A stretch of DNA of 32,000 nucleotides from Candidatus Nanosynbacter lyticus (lineage in GTDB: Bacteria; Patescibacteriota; Saccharimonadia; Saccharimonadales; Saccharimonadaceae): assembly GCF_000803625.1 (NCBI RefSeq), contig NZ_CP007496.1, positions 540,001 through 572,000 of the forward strand. The letters run 5' to 3'. A model generated the notes under the pieces. It was not told the DNA's origin and searched no databases. It saw only the letters and a program-made list of their open reading frames with translations. Each line of letters starts with the position of its first letter. Positions within the stretch are counted from its first letter, which is position 1. The translations under genes were made by a program, and so were the position numbers. Shown here piece by piece: positions 1 through 8,009 of this stretch.

Positions 1-298
1 CGACTACTTTATAGTCCTTCGGCAGTTGATTCAGATCAAACTGTAAAATATCTTCATTGATCACTTCCAGGTTTTTGCCGGGAAATTGTCCTGGCAACTT
101 GCGCGCCAAATCCGCGTCAAATTCTACCGCCACCACGCGCCCAGCTCGTGACAACAACCGACTAGTCAACGTGCCAAGTCCTGGCCCAATTTCCAAAACC
201 ACATCATCGTTACTCAGTTCCGCTGCCTCGGCAATTTCCGCCAATATTTCTGGGTCGCGCAACCAATGCTGCCCCAACTCTTTCTTTGGACCCGCCAT
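1..298 (-). CDS. rsmA: 16S rRNA (adenine-N6,N6)-dimethyltransferase RsmA/KsgA, N-terminal ~99 codons; gene runs off the left edge
   Basis: Hand translation of the minus strand from ATG 298-296 gives MAGPKKELGQHWLRDPEILAEIAEAAELSNDDVVLEIGPGLGTLTSRLLSRAGRVVAVEFD... The LGQHxL box and the EIGPGxGxLT SAM motif are KsgA hallmarks. It is missing from the ORF track only because no stop lies in the window. Its ATG abuts the TAG (301-299) of the upstream gene. Confidence 0.85.
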   Translation of the reverse strand, partial: MAGPKKELGQHWLRDPEILAEIAEAAELSNDDVVLEIGPGLGTLTSRLLSRAGRVVAVEFDADLARKLPGQFPGKNLEVINEDILQFDLNQLPKDYKVV

Positions 299-1321
299 CT
301 AGCGACCATCTCCATTCGTCCAGTCAGTCGCCAAATCAAAACCATGCGGATGACGCACGGCAAAGCCGCCGGTATCATACACCTTGCCAGGACCCATACT
401 GGTTTCCACCACCGAACAGCGCGGATAATTACCATAATTTGCCGCCACTAAAATATAGCCGTCCTTGTCTACTTTAGCGCCGTCTGCTCGCACCGTGTAG
501 CCACCGCCGCCGCAAGCATTAATCACCACATTCATCGGCAAATCGTAATAAGTCTCACGATGGGCCACGCCTTTAGAATCGGTAAATATCTGCGCGCCCT
601 TGCTTTTAGTCAGTGGGTTTTTAGGCTTGGTGCCAATTATTTCAACTTGCTTTTTTGGCTGCCGCATAATCTCACTAGACATTTCCCTACGTCCTACCTC
701 ACGCTCACCATCAACTTCAACTTGATACGTTATCTTTCGCACACCCTTCTCACCCAACTGCCTCACACTCTTAAAGCCAATTGGTTGAGAATCGTCCTTT
801 ATCTGTTCAATCTGAAAATCAATATCAGCTTCTTCCGTCACCGTTCGCTGTTTAGCTCGCTCAATCTTCATCACCAACCCCGCACCATTCACCAAAAGAT
901 TTTCAGAATTTGTAAACTGCGTCTTATCTTCACGATAAAGCGTCATTCCTGCAGCCTTAGCAATCAAAGCTGGTGTTTGTTCGGCAGTGGTAATTTTTAA
1001 GCGTTTATTACCGTCAACGATTGTTATTGGGCGGGCGCGGAAGATGTTAACCTGGTATTTTGAACCTGTGAGCTCCATATCAATATTTGGTTCAACGGTG
1101 TCCATTTTCTCATCAATAGAAATCTTAGCGGCCTGCAGAGCCTGACGCACCGTTAAAGCATTTGTCACAATTGTTTTTTCTTCGCCACGATCATATACAC
1201 GAACCAAATGTCTACTAGGACTTTTTCCTTCGGCAAACGACAACATTGGCATTGCAAGCATAATCAACATAGCAAAGCCAATAATTTTTCCAAAAAATAA
1301 ACCTTTTGCTCGCATAATCAA
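299..1321 (-). CDS. Membrane-anchored/secreted DUF348-G5-3D (double-psi barrel-like) cell-wall protein, YabE-like
   Basis: N-terminal hydrophobic anchor or signal (IIGFAMLIMLAMPMLSFA). DUF348-like repeats (VRVYDRGEEKTIVT...; NIFRARPITIVDGNKRLKITT...). G5-like module (GFKSVRQLGEKGVRKITYQVEVDGEREVGRREMSSEIMRQPKKQVEIIGTK). C-terminal Asp-rich 3D-like motif (KVYDTGGFAVRHPHGFDLATDW). Confidence 0.75.
   Translation of the reverse strand: MIMRAKGLFFGKIIGFAMLIMLAMPMLSFAEGKSPSRHLVRVYDRGEEKTIVTNALTVRQALQAAKISIDEKMDTVEPNIDMELTGSKYQVNIFRARPITIVDGNKRLKITTAEQTPALIAKAAGMTLYREDKTQFTNSENLLVNGAGLVMKIERAKQRTVTEEADIDFQIEQIKDDSQPIGFKSVRQLGEKGVRKITYQVEVDGEREVGRREMSSEIMRQPKKQVEIIGTKPKNPLTKSKGAQIFTDSKGVAHRETYYDLPMNVVINACGGGGYTVRADGAKVDKDGYILVAANYGNYPRCSVVETSMGPGKVYDTGGFAVRHPHGFDLATDWTNGDGR
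960..1051. repeat. 92-nt tract near-identical (3 mismatches by eye) to 2147-2238, inside paralogous genes
   Basis: gcaatcaaagctggtgtttgttcggcRgtggtaatttttaagcgtttattaccgtcaacRattgttattgggcgRgcgcggaagatgttaac occurs in both genes. It encodes the shared peptide NIFRARPITIVDGNKRLKITTAEQTPALIA. Confidence 0.9.
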
Positions 1322-1371
1322 TCAGCATCTCACAGAGTGCATTAAGGGGATTATACCAAATTACGAGATTA

Positions 1372-2538
1372 TTATCTATAGATGTCCTGCAAACCCATCT
1401 TTATCTTGCAAGTAGGCCACGGGCTCCAACCACGCCTTTGGTATAATTTCCAAGCGGCTTCATCTTGTTCAGCCGGCGTGGCATTACCGTACTTGCTCGG
1501 GTCGGCAACCGACGCCCACGTGCCTCTATTAAACTGATAAGCACCGTAATAGCCATTTCCAGTATTTGAAGTATAACTGCCCTCACAACTCCTTAGTCGA
1601 GATAACGCTTCAGAAAAACTGCCAGAAAATGTGTTCGAGCTTTTGGCGCCTACGATCTCAATCTGTTTTTTAGACTCCTTCGTTATAACGCTAGCGATCT
1701 CCTTACGGCTGACCTCTACTCCATTTTTCATCTCAATTTCATAAGTGACATTTTTCTTGCCATTTTCACCAGCCTGTTTTACTTCCCGATAGCCCAAATC
1801 TCGGTTAGCATCCTGAACTTTTTCAGTCTGGAATTTCACATCTTCCTCCACGGTCACGGTTTGCTTACCATTGCGCCACAATTCAATTTTCATTCCGGGC
1901 ACGATTCTTGCCGACTGATCAACAGATAGCGTATCATCTTTCTGTAAGGTAATATTTTTATCATTCAATAACTCATCGACTGTTTTTGCGTGAGTACGAA
2001 CCACAGACTCCTTACCATATAAAACAAAATTCACCACAGACGCCCGCTCTACTTTCATGACTGTGTCTGCGCCATCAACCACTACGTTATCACCTTTACC
2101 CATTGTGGTTTTATCCTCAGTAAAAACCTCAATTCCCGCCGCCTTCGCAATCAAAGCTGGTGTTTGTTCGGCGGTGGTAATTTTTAAGCGTTTATTACCG
2201 TCAACAATTGTTATTGGGCGAGCGCGGAAGATGTTAACGTTATATTTCTCAGCCACCATCTCCGAATCTAAGCCAGGCTCAACGACGTCTTGCCGTTCAT
2301 CAATAGAAATCTTAGCCAATTTTAAAGCCTCACGAACTGTCCGCGCTTTAGTAACAATTGTCTTTTCGACGCCTCTATCGTATATATTAACCAATCTTTC
2401 GCCAGCCTTAGCAACTGGTTTAGCCGTGTCAGCCAAAGCTTGATTGACAAATAATAAACCACCAACCAGCGTCAATATAGCGCCAGCGGTGAGCATAATT
2501 TTAGTTGAATAATATCTTGCTTGTAATCTTAAATTCAT
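1372..2538 (-). CDS. rpfB: RpfB-like resuscitation-promoting factor (TM anchor, DUF348 repeats, G5, Rpf lysozyme-like transglycosylase domain)
   Basis: The C-terminus CEGSYTSNTGNGYYGAYQFNRGTWASV...GWSPWPTC matches the Rpf domain signature (CE..., NTGNGYYGxxQFxxGTW, GWxxWPxC). Upstream lie a G5-like module (GYREVKQAGENGKKNVTYEIEMKNGVEVSRKEIASVITKESKKQIEIVG) and three DUF348-like repeats. Confidence 0.85.
   Translation of the reverse strand: MNLRLQARYYSTKIMLTAGAILTLVGGLLFVNQALADTAKPVAKAGERLVNIYDRGVEKTIVTKARTVREALKLAKISIDERQDVVEPGLDSEMVAEKYNVNIFRARPITIVDGNKRLKITTAEQTPALIAKAAGIEVFTEDKTTMGKGDNVVVDGADTVMKVERASVVNFVLYGKESVVRTHAKTVDELLNDKNITLQKDDTLSVDQSARIVPGMKIELWRNGKQTVTVEEDVKFQTEKVQDANRDLGYREVKQAGENGKKNVTYEIEMKNGVEVSRKEIASVITKESKKQIEIVGAKSSNTFSGSFSEALSRLRSCEGSYTSNTGNGYYGAYQFNRGTWASVADPSKYGNATPAEQDEAAWKLYQRRGWSPWPTCKIKMGLQDIYR
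2147..2238. repeat. Second copy of the 92-nt near-identical tract (partner 960-1051)
   Basis: Direct comparison of the two stretches shows 3 mismatches, while the flanking paralogous sequence is much more diverged. Confidence 0.9.
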
Positions 2539-2572
2539 ACGTCATAAGCGCCACGGCGCAGATATTATTATA

Positions 2573-4675
2573 TCAAATTTTCTCCAGGCGCGCGAATTCA
2601 ACATTCAACTTCTTAATGTTTCCGTCGTCAAATTTCACCGTCACGCCAAGACCTTCGCTATCAATAATTTCACCTGAACCGAAGCTTGGGCTGCGAACAC
2701 GATCGCCCACCTCTAATCCAATATCCTCCGCATAAAATTCAGGCTCTATCATCGGTTGAGCTGGCTTATCGACCCCACCCGCTAACAGCCCCATTTCATC
2801 CAAGAATCGCGACGGCACATTATAGCCAATCTGCCCAAACTGTGTCCGGGAGTTAGCACAGCTAACAAACAATTCCTCTCGCGCCCTAGTTACCCCCACA
2901 TAACACAGCCGACGCTCTTCCTCAATATCGTCAGCCTTACCACTATCAAACACTCGTGCGTGTGGCAAAATTCCCTCTTCCAGCCCCGCCAAGAAAACCA
3001 CCGGAAATTCTAATCCTTTGGCAGCATGTAGCGTCATCAAAGTCACCTGCTGATCAGCTGTAGTATCCGCCGAAGACATCAGCGCCATTTCTTCTAGGAA
3101 AGTCGCCACATCAACATAAGCCTTCGCCTCCGCTACGAGAACACCAGTATTTTCCATCCGTTCATCGGCCTGAGGCGTGCCGTCATTGATAAAATCTCCA
3201 TAACCAGTTTGTTTCATTATCTTTTCAATTAACTCTGCTGGCGAACCATCAATTTCCCGCTGTAATTCCTCCAGGATTTTTCCCAACTCTAGCAAAGGTC
3301 GTTTTGCTCGCGCCGTCAAATTATCCGCCTCTTCAACCGCCAAAAGACCACCGATTATATCTCGGCCCGAAGCCGCGTTCCATTCCAAAAACTTAGCCAT
3401 ACTGACTGCGCCGATTCCACGCTTTGGAGTATTGACGATTCGCAAAAAACTAACCCGATCACTTGGCTGATACAGTAAACGCAGGTAAGCCAGCACATCT
3501 TTAATGACCGCCCGATCCAAAAACCTTAGACCACCAACAATTTTATACGGAACATAACTCTGCCTAAGCGCCCGCTCAATCGCATAGCTCTGGGCATTTG
3601 TCCGATACAAAACCGCCACATCGCCATACTGGCGGCCATTAGCAATTTGCGCCTGAATCTCATTTGCAATAGCTATCGCTTCTTCCGACTCGCTATACAG
3701 TTGCCATAACTTTGGATCAACGCCGTCACCATTTGCCGTCCACAAATTCTTGTCAGTCCGATGGATATTGTGGCTAATTAGTGAATTTGCCATATTTAAG
3801 ATTGCGCCCGTCGAGCGATAATTTTGCTCCAATTTAACCACGGTTGTCCCCGGAAAATCGCGCTCAAAATTAAGAATATTCGTATAATCAGCGCCACGAA
3901 AACTATAAATCGACTGCGCGTCATCACCAACCACACACAAATTACGCCGTTCGTTAACCAATAATTTTATTAGCGCGTACTGCACAGCATTTGTGTCCTG
4001 ATACTCATCAATTAGAATGTACTCAAACTGACGCTGCCATTTCTGGCGAATATCCGACTTGGATCGTAATAGCTCCACGGTCTTTATCAATAGATCATCG
4101 AAGTCGAGCGCCGCCACCTCTTTCAAGGATTTTTCATAGGCGAAGAACAACTCAGCAATTTTCTGCTCGCGAGGACCGCGCGCCGACATTGAAAAATCTT
4201 CCGCGCTGCGCATTTCATTTTTAGCGTTTGAGATAACTGACAGCACTGCCCGTGGCTTAATATCTTTATCCGTCAGACCGCGCGCTTTCATAATCTGTTT
4301 CATCAGGCTTACTTGATCGTCAGTATCGTAGATTAAAAACCGCCTGTCCAGCCCAATACTTGCGCCGTCCATCCTTAGTATCCGTACACAAATACTATGA
4401 AACGTCCCCATCCACGGCATAAATTGACGATTATCAGCGTTCTCACTCAGCAACTGTGCCAATCGCTGCCGCATTTCCTTAGCCGCTTTATTAGTAAAGG
4501 TTACTGCTAAAATTCGACTAGGAAAAACCTTCAGTTCACCGATCAAATAAGCAATTCGATGTGTCAGTGTTTTTGTTTTTCCAGAACCAGCGCCCGCCAA
4601 AATCAATAGCGGTCCGTCGCCATGCGTCACCGCCCGAGCTTGCTCGTCATTTAAACCATCCGTAAAATTAGTCAT
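2573..4675 (-). CDS. pcrA: ATP-dependent DNA helicase PcrA/UvrD (SF1A)
   Basis: Walker A AGAGSGKTKTLTHRIAYL, motif II DEYQDTN, VGDDAQSIYSFRGA, TLHAAKGLEFPVVFL, RRLCYVGVTRA, plus a small C-terminal Tudor-like tail. The stop is TGA. Confidence 0.9.
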   Translation of the reverse strand: MTNFTDGLNDEQARAVTHGDGPLLILAGAGSGKTKTLTHRIAYLIGELKVFPSRILAVTFTNKAAKEMRQRLAQLLSENADNRQFMPWMGTFHSICVRILRMDGASIGLDRRFLIYDTDDQVSLMKQIMKARGLTDKDIKPRAVLSVISNAKNEMRSAEDFSMSARGPREQKIAELFFAYEKSLKEVAALDFDDLLIKTVELLRSKSDIRQKWQRQFEYILIDEYQDTNAVQYALIKLLVNERRNLCVVGDDAQSIYSFRGADYTNILNFERDFPGTTVVKLEQNYRSTGAILNMANSLISHNIHRTDKNLWTANGDGVDPKLWQLYSESEEAIAIANEIQAQIANGRQYGDVAVLYRTNAQSYAIERALRQSYVPYKIVGGLRFLDRAVIKDVLAYLRLLYQPSDRVSFLRIVNTPKRGIGAVSMAKFLEWNAASGRDIIGGLLAVEEADNLTARAKRPLLELGKILEELQREIDGSPAELIEKIMKQTGYGDFINDGTPQADERMENTGVLVAEAKAYVDVATFLEEMALMSSADTTADQQVTLMTLHAAKGLEFPVVFLAGLEEGILPHARVFDSGKADDIEEERRLCYVGVTRAREELFVSCANSRTQFGQIGYNVPSRFLDEMGLLAGGVDKPAQPMIEPEFYAEDIGLEVGDRVRSPSFGSGEIIDSEGLGVTVKFDDGNIKKLNVEFARLEKI

Positions 4676-4679
4676 GTAT

Positions 4680-5963
4680 CTATTTTATCAGCAAAAAGTA
4701 GGAAACAGCACCACCAGCAACACCGACTACTAGGAATAAAATAATTAACAACAGAGTTAGCAGACCAGTTTTCTTCTTTTCTTCGCTGCGGGGCGGCTTT
4801 ACTTCCGTAGATACCGCAGCAAACATAGGCGCTGGCTCAGAGTCGACCATTTCATTTTCAGAAGAATATTGCTGTGGCGTGTCATTAGACCGAGAGGCAG
4901 GCGAGCTAGGCTGCATATTAGATTCACTATCAGCAACTTCATTCATTTCTGATACACCAGGGATGCCCGCTTCTTCAATTGCTATAATTTCTGGACTGAG
5001 GTCCATCATTGAATCTGGAGTCTCACTTAAAGCTTCCTTATCCATAGTGTAATTAGATAAATCAGAATTATACTGATGGCTCAATTTCATATCTTCCAAG
5101 CCTACAGACCCAGACTCAAGCTCGTCTTCCTCTACGCCAGATTCAGACTCTATAGAGCTTTGATCAACAGCACCAAGAGGCCTCTTCTCGACTTCAACAT
5201 TGGCAATAAATGGAGACTCTAACGGTTCGGCTATTGGAGAAGCGACAGAATCATTGCTTTCAGATAATGACTGCGCTATCTTATCGGTCAATGATAGCTC
5301 TTCAACAGGAGCGTCTTCTATCGCCGCAAGAGCCGACTCGTTCTGTATGTCCTCTAAATCAGGAGCATCGTCTAAACTATCAAGCTGATTATCTACAGCC
5401 GACAACTCCTCCTCAACCGGTGAAGTGCTACCTGTCATATTAACTACATCCACCAAATCAGCTGAAGGCTGAATTGATACGCCAGTTCGAGATGGCGCCG
5501 ACGATGCTGACTTCTGAATATTGTTAACCGATGACGGACGAACGACATCCATGAATCGGCCCGTCGGGCGCCTGGCAATTACTGGGGAAGTTTTATTTTC
5601 TTTTGGCGTCGAATCTGGGGTTTGATCAAGTGTACTGCTAGGCGCAACAGTAGCGGCGGGTGCAGAAATGATCTCAGGTTTTTCAACCAGACTATCCTGA
5701 GGAGACTGCTGTTCCGATTTAGGCTCAGCACTTGACACTAAAGAATTTGAGTTAGAAGAAGGCGAGTCTAAAGCAGGAGCAAAAGGCGTAACTGGCGGCG
5801 CAAAACTTGAGCCAACAGTACTAGTTTCTATGGTTTTGTTCTCCTCCACAGAAGGTGTTTCGACGTCATGCTTTACTTCGGCATCCACTGAATTCTTTTC
5901 TTGCTGCTTACTCATTAGAGAATTAACCGCTCTATCCAACTCGTCAAAATCAATATCTGTCAT
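4680..5963 (-). CDS. Highly acidic Ser/Pro/Glu/Asp-rich, predicted disordered protein with a single C-terminal TM anchor (hypothetical)
   Basis: A 427-aa ORF only 4 nt upstream of pcrA and 13 nt downstream of tpiA. Low-complexity composition throughout. The C-terminus EEKKKTGLLTLLLIILFLVVGVAGGAVSYFLLIK is a tail anchor with Lys residues on the N-terminal (predicted cytoplasmic) side. Confidence 0.6.
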   Translation of the reverse strand: MTDIDFDELDRAVNSLMSKQQEKNSVDAEVKHDVETPSVEENKTIETSTVGSSFAPPVTPFAPALDSPSSNSNSLVSSAEPKSEQQSPQDSLVEKPEIISAPAATVAPSSTLDQTPDSTPKENKTSPVIARRPTGRFMDVVRPSSVNNIQKSASSAPSRTGVSIQPSADLVDVVNMTGSTSPVEEELSAVDNQLDSLDDAPDLEDIQNESALAAIEDAPVEELSLTDKIAQSLSESNDSVASPIAEPLESPFIANVEVEKRPLGAVDQSSIESESGVEEDELESGSVGLEDMKLSHQYNSDLSNYTMDKEALSETPDSMMDLSPEIIAIEEAGIPGVSEMNEVADSESNMQPSSPASRSNDTPQQYSSENEMVDSEPAPMFAAVSTEVKPPRSEEKKKTGLLTLLLIILFLVVGVAGGAVSYFLLIK

Positions 5964-5976
5964 ATGCCCCCTATTT

Positions 5977-6735
5977 TTAACCTTTATGCGCCTTTGAAAT
6001 TATCTCCTTAAATTGATATGCGTCTAAGCTTGCCGCCCCCACTAATAAACCATCAAGTTCGTCAATCGCCAAGTAGTCTGCAGCGCTCGCTGGCGTAATA
6101 CTGCCTCCGTACAAAATACGCACTGATTCTGCCGCCTTTTTGCCATACAGATGGGAAATGTGCCGCCGAATCATTTGTGTGGCTTTTTTTACATCAATAG
6201 CCTTAGCATTATCACCAGTACCAATTGCCCAAACCGGCTCATAAGCCACAACCACTTCGCCAAGCTCTTCCGCCGTGACATTTGCCAATCCACTAGTCAG
6301 CTGATCCGCTAAAACATCTTTTGTTTCGCCAAGCGTTCGCTCTTGAATAGTCTCGCCAATACACAGGACTGGACGTATCCGATTACGAATCGCCGCCTGA
6401 ACTTTCAACCGGATATCCTTCTCGCTCTCAATAAAAATATATCGTCTTTCTGAATGTCCAATTAGAACATAATCAGCAATTCCCCGAAGATGCGCCACCG
6501 GAGTCTCGCCAGTGTAAGCCCCAGAGTCTCGCCAATAGCAGTTTTGGGCTGCCAATTTAGCAATCCGCCGATTGATCTGCAAACTTAAACTCTGCAGCGT
6601 CAAAATCGTAGGCGCCAATACCACTTCAACATCCCGATGAGACGGCAGCATATTCATTAGCTTATGCAAATATAAGCTTGCCTCATGCATATTGAAGTTC
6701 ATTTTCCAGTTACCGATAATTAACTTTTTTCTCAT
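5977..6735 (-). CDS. tpiA: Triosephosphate isomerase
   Basis: GNWKMN, IGHSERR and AYEPVWAIGTG motifs. SD-like AAGGA lies 8 nt upstream of the ATG. Confidence 0.92.
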   Translation of the reverse strand: MRKKLIIGNWKMNFNMHEASLYLHKLMNMLPSHRDVEVVLAPTILTLQSLSLQINRRIAKLAAQNCYWRDSGAYTGETPVAHLRGIADYVLIGHSERRYIFIESEKDIRLKVQAAIRNRIRPVLCIGETIQERTLGETKDVLADQLTSGLANVTAEELGEVVVAYEPVWAIGTGDNAKAIDVKKATQMIRRHISHLYGKKAAESVRILYGGSITPASAADYLAIDELDGLLVGAASLDAYQFKEIISKAHKG

Positions 6736-6759
6736 GAGATAATCCTTATGCTTAGTTTA

Positions 6760-7998
6760 TCACCTCATGCCGTATGAGTCTAGTAAACTTTCAATTCCGG
6801 GCAATTTTTTACCAGCCATCAAGGCCATACTAGCACCGCCACCAGTGGAAACGTGCGTGAAGCTAGCCCCATCATGACCATCCCACTTCAATATAAAATC
6901 CGCCGTATCCCCGCCGCCAACAATTGAAGTCGCCTCATTATTCTGGGCAATCGCTAGGGCAGCTCGTGCTGAACCAATCGCAAAATTATCAATTTCTGCA
7001 TATCCCAGCGGCCCATTCCAAATAACAGTTTTGGCGTCCGCTAATATTTTTGTAAAAGTCTCAATCGTCTGACTGCCAATATCAAGTGCCATATCATCAC
7101 CTTTTATGTGATCAACGCTAACTTCTCGTCTGTGACAATCTTTAGAAATCTCTTTCGCCACCGCCACATCCACTGGTAAAACCAAAAACTTATCGACATT
7201 CTCGGGGCCAACTTTAGCGGCTGCCAGGTCATAGATTTCTGACACAACCTTCTCCATCCCCGGCTCAAAAACACTCTTGCCAATATTTACACCACGACAA
7301 TGAAGAAACGTATTTGACATTGCGCCGCCTATTAAAATTCGGTCAGCTTTTTTTATCAAGCGCTTTATCAGAGAAATTTTGTCGCTTACTTTTGCACCGC
7401 CGATAATTGCCACCAGCGGATGCTTAGGACTACTCATCGCTTTAGTTATCGTTATGTATTCTTTCTCGAGCAATAAACCTGCTAACCCTGGCACGCAAAG
7501 AGAAATGGCATGCGTGCTAGCGTGCGCTCGATGCGCCACCGCAAATCCATCCTGCACAAAGTAATCCGCCCGAACCGCTCGCTGAATCGACTTAGCAAAC
7601 ACCAAATCATCCGCCTCTTCTTCGTCATAAAAACGCAGATTTTCCAGCATAATGACACTTCCCAGTGGCGCACGGCGAACAGTCTGGCGAACTGATTCGC
7701 CTACACAATCGCCCAGCAGCCTCACCGGACGACCCAGCAATTTAGACAGATGATCCGCTACAACCTTCAAACTAAGTTTAGGATCCCTACCCTTTGGTCG
7801 CCCCAAATGCGACATGACAATAACCTTACAATTCTGCTCCAGAAGATAGCGCAAGGTGGGCAGCGAAGCACGAATTCTTAGGTCGTCAGAAATTTGACCG
7901 CGCTTTGTTAGCGGAACGTTATAATCAGATCGCAGAAGAATAGTCTTGCCGCGTAAATCAACATCGCGAATCGTTTGCTTTGGAAATTTTCTGCCCAC
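6760..7998 (-). CDS. pgk: Phosphoglycerate kinase
   Basis: RSDYNVPL, MSHLGRPKG, GGGDTA and STGGGA motifs. GTG start with TAAGGA 9 nt upstream, overlapping the pyk stop. Confidence 0.92.
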   Translation of the reverse strand: MGRKFPKQTIRDVDLRGKTILLRSDYNVPLTKRGQISDDLRIRASLPTLRYLLEQNCKVIVMSHLGRPKGRDPKLSLKVVADHLSKLLGRPVRLLGDCVGESVRQTVRRAPLGSVIMLENLRFYDEEEADDLVFAKSIQRAVRADYFVQDGFAVAHRAHASTHAISLCVPGLAGLLLEKEYITITKAMSSPKHPLVAIIGGAKVSDKISLIKRLIKKADRILIGGAMSNTFLHCRGVNIGKSVFEPGMEKVVSEIYDLAAAKVGPENVDKFLVLPVDVAVAKEISKDCHRREVSVDHIKGDDMALDIGSQTIETFTKILADAKTVIWNGPLGYAEIDNFAIGSARAALAIAQNNEATSIVGGGDTADFILKWDGHDGASFTHVSTGGGASMALMAGKKLPGIESLLDSYGMR

Positions 7999-8009
7999 CC
8001 AGTTTTTCC

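Noticed and set aside
57-302. 81-aa plus-strand ORF at the left edge
   Set aside because: It is the antisense shadow of a clear RsmA/KsgA N-terminus on the minus strand, and its translation is low-complexity (Ser/Ala/Pro/Asn-rich) with no motif.
560-1000. Long antisense ORFs inside well-supported genes (also 2057-2443, 8403-8786, 8566-8859, 12723-12983, 28513-28956, 29391-29693, 31097-31402)
   Set aside because: Each lies opposite a gene with strong family motifs, and their translations are low-complexity or hydrophobic nonsense typical of shadow frames.
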